Shown here piece by piece: positions 61,805-64,000 of a stretch of DNA of 64,000 nt. Origin of the DNA: Acidobacteriota bacterium (GTDB lineage Bacteria; Acidobacteriota; Thermoanaerobaculia; Gp7-AA8); NCBI GenBank assembly GCA_019244185.1, contig JAFATB010000019.1:30525-94524 (forward strand). Reading direction: 5' to 3'. A program made the translations under genes and the position numbers. Positions within the stretch are counted from its first letter, which is position 1. Each line of letters opens with the position of its first letter. Under the pieces are notes generated by a model. That model was not told the DNA's origin, did not search any database, and saw only the letters and a program-made list of their open reading frames with translations.

Positions 61805-63342
61805 AACAACGAGTCCTCATCGCGGCAGTCGTCCTCTTCGCGTGCGGCACGCTCAGCGCGGCCAACGTGAAGAAGTCGTTCCGCATCGAGAAGAAGTTCA
61901 CGCTCGCGCCGGGCGGCTCGCTCGTGCTCGACAACCCGAACGGCGACATCGAGATCGTCGGCACCGACGAGCCGGGCATCGACGCGATCGCGATGAAGAC
62001 CATCGTCGCGCCGGACGCCGCGGGCATCGAAGAGGGTGACGACCAGACCGCGCTTCTCGTCGACGGCGACGAGCGCTCGCGCATCCTGCGCGCGACGAGC
62101 GGCCTCAATCGCAACCGCCGCTGGACGTCGTCCGTGGCGTGGCGCCTCACGATTCCGCGCACGGCGTTCCTGCGCGTGATCTCCAGCACGAGCCAGCGCA
62201 TCCGCATCGACGCCATGACCGGCAGCGTCTTCGTGAAGAACTTCGCCGGCGACGTCGTGCTTGTCAACGACAGCGGCCAGACCACGGTCGAGAGCGTGAA
62301 CGGCTCGGTGATCTACAGCAACCTCGAGCCGCACGGCAACGTCGCGCTATCGACCGTCAACGGCAACGTCACGGTGAGCGTCTCGCCCACCGCCGATCTG
62401 CGCCTCATCGCCGAGACGGTGAAGGGCGACATCCGCACGAACCTGCCGGCGCGCGGCAGCTTCTTCGGCCAGACGTACCGCGGCAGCGTCAACGCGCCCG
62501 GCGGCCCGACCGTGACGATGGTGACGCTGATGGGGAACATCCATCTGATCGCCAACGGCACGACGCTGCAGAGCGCGCAGTCGATCCGCCCGCCCACGCC
62601 GGCGCAGGCGCCGATGTCGTCGTCGTCCGAGATCCGCCCCGCGGCGCAGCTGCCGCACGGCGGCACGTTCCACCAGCCGCTCGTGAAGGGCGTCTTCCGC
62701 TACGAGACAAACCTCGGCGACATCAAGGTCGGCGAGATCCAGGGCGACGCCTTCATCGCCACCGGCGCGGGCGAAGTGCTCCTCGGCGCCGTCAGCGGTG
62801 AATGCAACGTGAAGTCGTTCGGCGGACCGCTGCAGCTCGGCGAGATCTCCGGACCGCTCAATGCGACGACCAACGCCGGCGACATCACCATCGACGCCGC
62901 GCGCCGCGGCGGCACCGCGCTCACGCGCGGCGGCACGATCCGCGTCGGCGTCGTCAACGCGCCGGTGCGCCTCATGTCCGGCGGCGGCGACATCATCGTG
63001 CGCAACGGCGCCGCGCCGGTCAGCGCCGAGACGCGCTCCGGCGACGTCAACGTGACGCTCGAACGCGGCGCGCGCTCGCAGAAGCTCGATCTGAAGACCG
63101 ACAAGGGGAACGTCTACCTCAACGTCACGACCGGCTTCGGCGCCGACGTCGAGGCGACGATCTTCACCGACGATCCCGCCGCCGACACGATCGTCTCCGA
63201 CATCGCCGGCCTCACCATCACGAAGGAGCAGGTCGGCAATCGCACGCGCGTGCACGCCGTCGGAAAGCTCAACGGCGGAGGCGAGCGCGTGCAGATCGAG
63301 GCAACCGCCGGCGACATCCGCATCGCGTCGACGCCGCGTTAG
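61801..63342 (+). CDS. Secreted tandem DUF4097 (beta-solenoid 'Toastrack') protein
   Basis: Signal peptide; repeated T/SxxGxI/V motifs in two blocks. Confidence 0.85.
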   Translation: MKQRVLIAAVVLFACGTLSAANVKKSFRIEKKFTLAPGGSLVLDNPNGDIEIVGTDEPGIDAIAMKTIVAPDAAGIEEGDDQTALLVDGDERSRILRATSGLNRNRRWTSSVAWRLTIPRTAFLRVISSTSQRIRIDAMTGSVFVKNFAGDVVLVNDSGQTTVESVNGSVIYSNLEPHGNVALSTVNGNVTVSVSPTADLRLIAETVKGDIRTNLPARGSFFGQTYRGSVNAPGGPTVTMVTLMGNIHLIANGTTLQSAQSIRPPTPAQAPMSSSSEIRPAAQLPHGGTFHQPLVKGVFRYETNLGDIKVGEIQGDAFIATGAGEVLLGAVSGECNVKSFGGPLQLGEISGPLNATTNAGDITIDAARRGGTALTRGGTIRVGVVNAPVRLMSGGGDIIVRNGAAPVSAETRSGDVNVTLERGARSQKLDLKTDKGNVYLNVTTGFGADVEATIFTDDPAADTIVSDIAGLTITKEQVGNRTRVHAVGKLNGGGERVQIEATAGDIRIASTPR

Positions 63343-63371
63343 CCGGTGCAGCCTTCTCAGAAACCCCGTCG

Positions 63372-63427
63372 AGGGCAGCCGCACGTGCAACCTGGCTATG
63401 CCCTTAGCGCTGCCGGCCGCGCCGGCC
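63372..63427 (-). repeat. Partial second copy of the 32045-32193 palindromic element
   Basis: 53/56 identity to the reverse complement of 32069-32124. Confidence 0.85.
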
Positions 63428-63474
63428 GGCCGTGCTAGGATTCGCGGCCTGAGTTGAACACGAGGGGGTTGAAC

Positions 63475-64000
63475 GTGAAACGACTTCTGGTTGCCGTGCT
63501 GCTGGTGGCGGGCGTGGCGTGTTCGCAGCGGGGCGCGGACAGCGCCGCGCAGAGCGACACGGTTGCGACCGACACGATGACGACGGCCTCGAGCTCCACC
63601 ACGAGCAGCACGACCGCGGCGGCCGACACGGCTGCATCTGCGACAGCGACGGACACCGCCACGACGGCGGCCGCGCAGGAGAATGCGTCCATGAGCAATT
63701 ACGAGAACAAAGTCGCCGAGCTCCACACCAGCGCCGGCGAGATCGACATCCGCTTCTTCCCCGACGTGGCGCCGAACCACGTCAAGAACTTCATCGACCT
63801 CGCCAACAAAGGCTTCTACAACGGCACCAAGTTCCACCGCGTGATTCCCGGCTTCATGATCCAGGGCGGCGACCCGAACACGAAGTCCGGTGACCCGTCG
63901 TCGTGGGGCGTGGGCGGCTCGGGCACGAACGTGAAGGCGGAGTTCAACACCGTCTCGCACAAGCGCGGCATCGTCTCGATGGCGCGCGCGCAGCATCCCG
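63475..64000 (+). CDS. Cyclophilin-type peptidyl-prolyl isomerase lipoprotein (runs off window end)
   Basis: Hand translation: [19 protein letters not shown] linker, [37 protein letters not shown]. Confidence 0.92.
   Translation, partial: MKRLLVAVLLVAGVACSQRGADSAAQSDTVATDTMTTASSSTTSSTTAAADTAASATATDTATTAAAQENASMSNYENKVAELHTSAGEIDIRFFPDVAPNHVKNFIDLANKGFYNGTKFHRVIPGFMIQGGDPNTKSGDPSSWGVGGSGTNVKAEFNTVSHKRGIVSMARAQHP

Overview
High-GC bacterial chromosomal window; the gene content (Oar-type TonB receptor, kinase-TolB-TPR protein, ECF/zf-HC2-HEAT/DUF4097 module, MglA) suggests Acidobacteriota, which is inference only. It holds about 60 CDS and no recognisable rRNA, tRNA, CRISPR array, transposase or prophage. 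Housekeeping blocks are glyQ-glyS-(OmpA-like)-ppdK, a complete Rrf2-sufBCDSU-sufT operon with a perfect palindromic operator, galU-TA-maf-mlaD-ddl, and proS. The most notable parts are: (1) a candidate undescribed aminoaromatic/kynurenine-type catabolic cluster at 49.0-57.6 kb (luciferase-like monooxygenase, asparaginase-II-fold hydrolase with an altered Zn site, aminomuconate-semialdehyde-type ALDH, 2-aminophenol 1,6-dioxygenase beta subunit, and an alpha subunit fused to a RidA deaminase); (2) six small membrane-protein genes at 17.6-20.2 kb (zinc-ribbon pseudopilin, two zinc-ribbon CD225/dispanin IFITM-like proteins, DUF2752, TM2-like, DUF4870-like) with shared zinc-ribbon heads and YTPPP motifs; (3) a methyltransferase-bshC-bshB1-bshA operon consistent with N-methyl-bacillithiol synthesis; (4) a 21-bp tandem array inside an apparent decayed duplicate of the neighbouring lipoprotein gene; (5) several intergenic palindromic elements, one present twice; (6) repeated leaderless-type promoters. 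All annotations come from motif recognition by eye; no database search was run.
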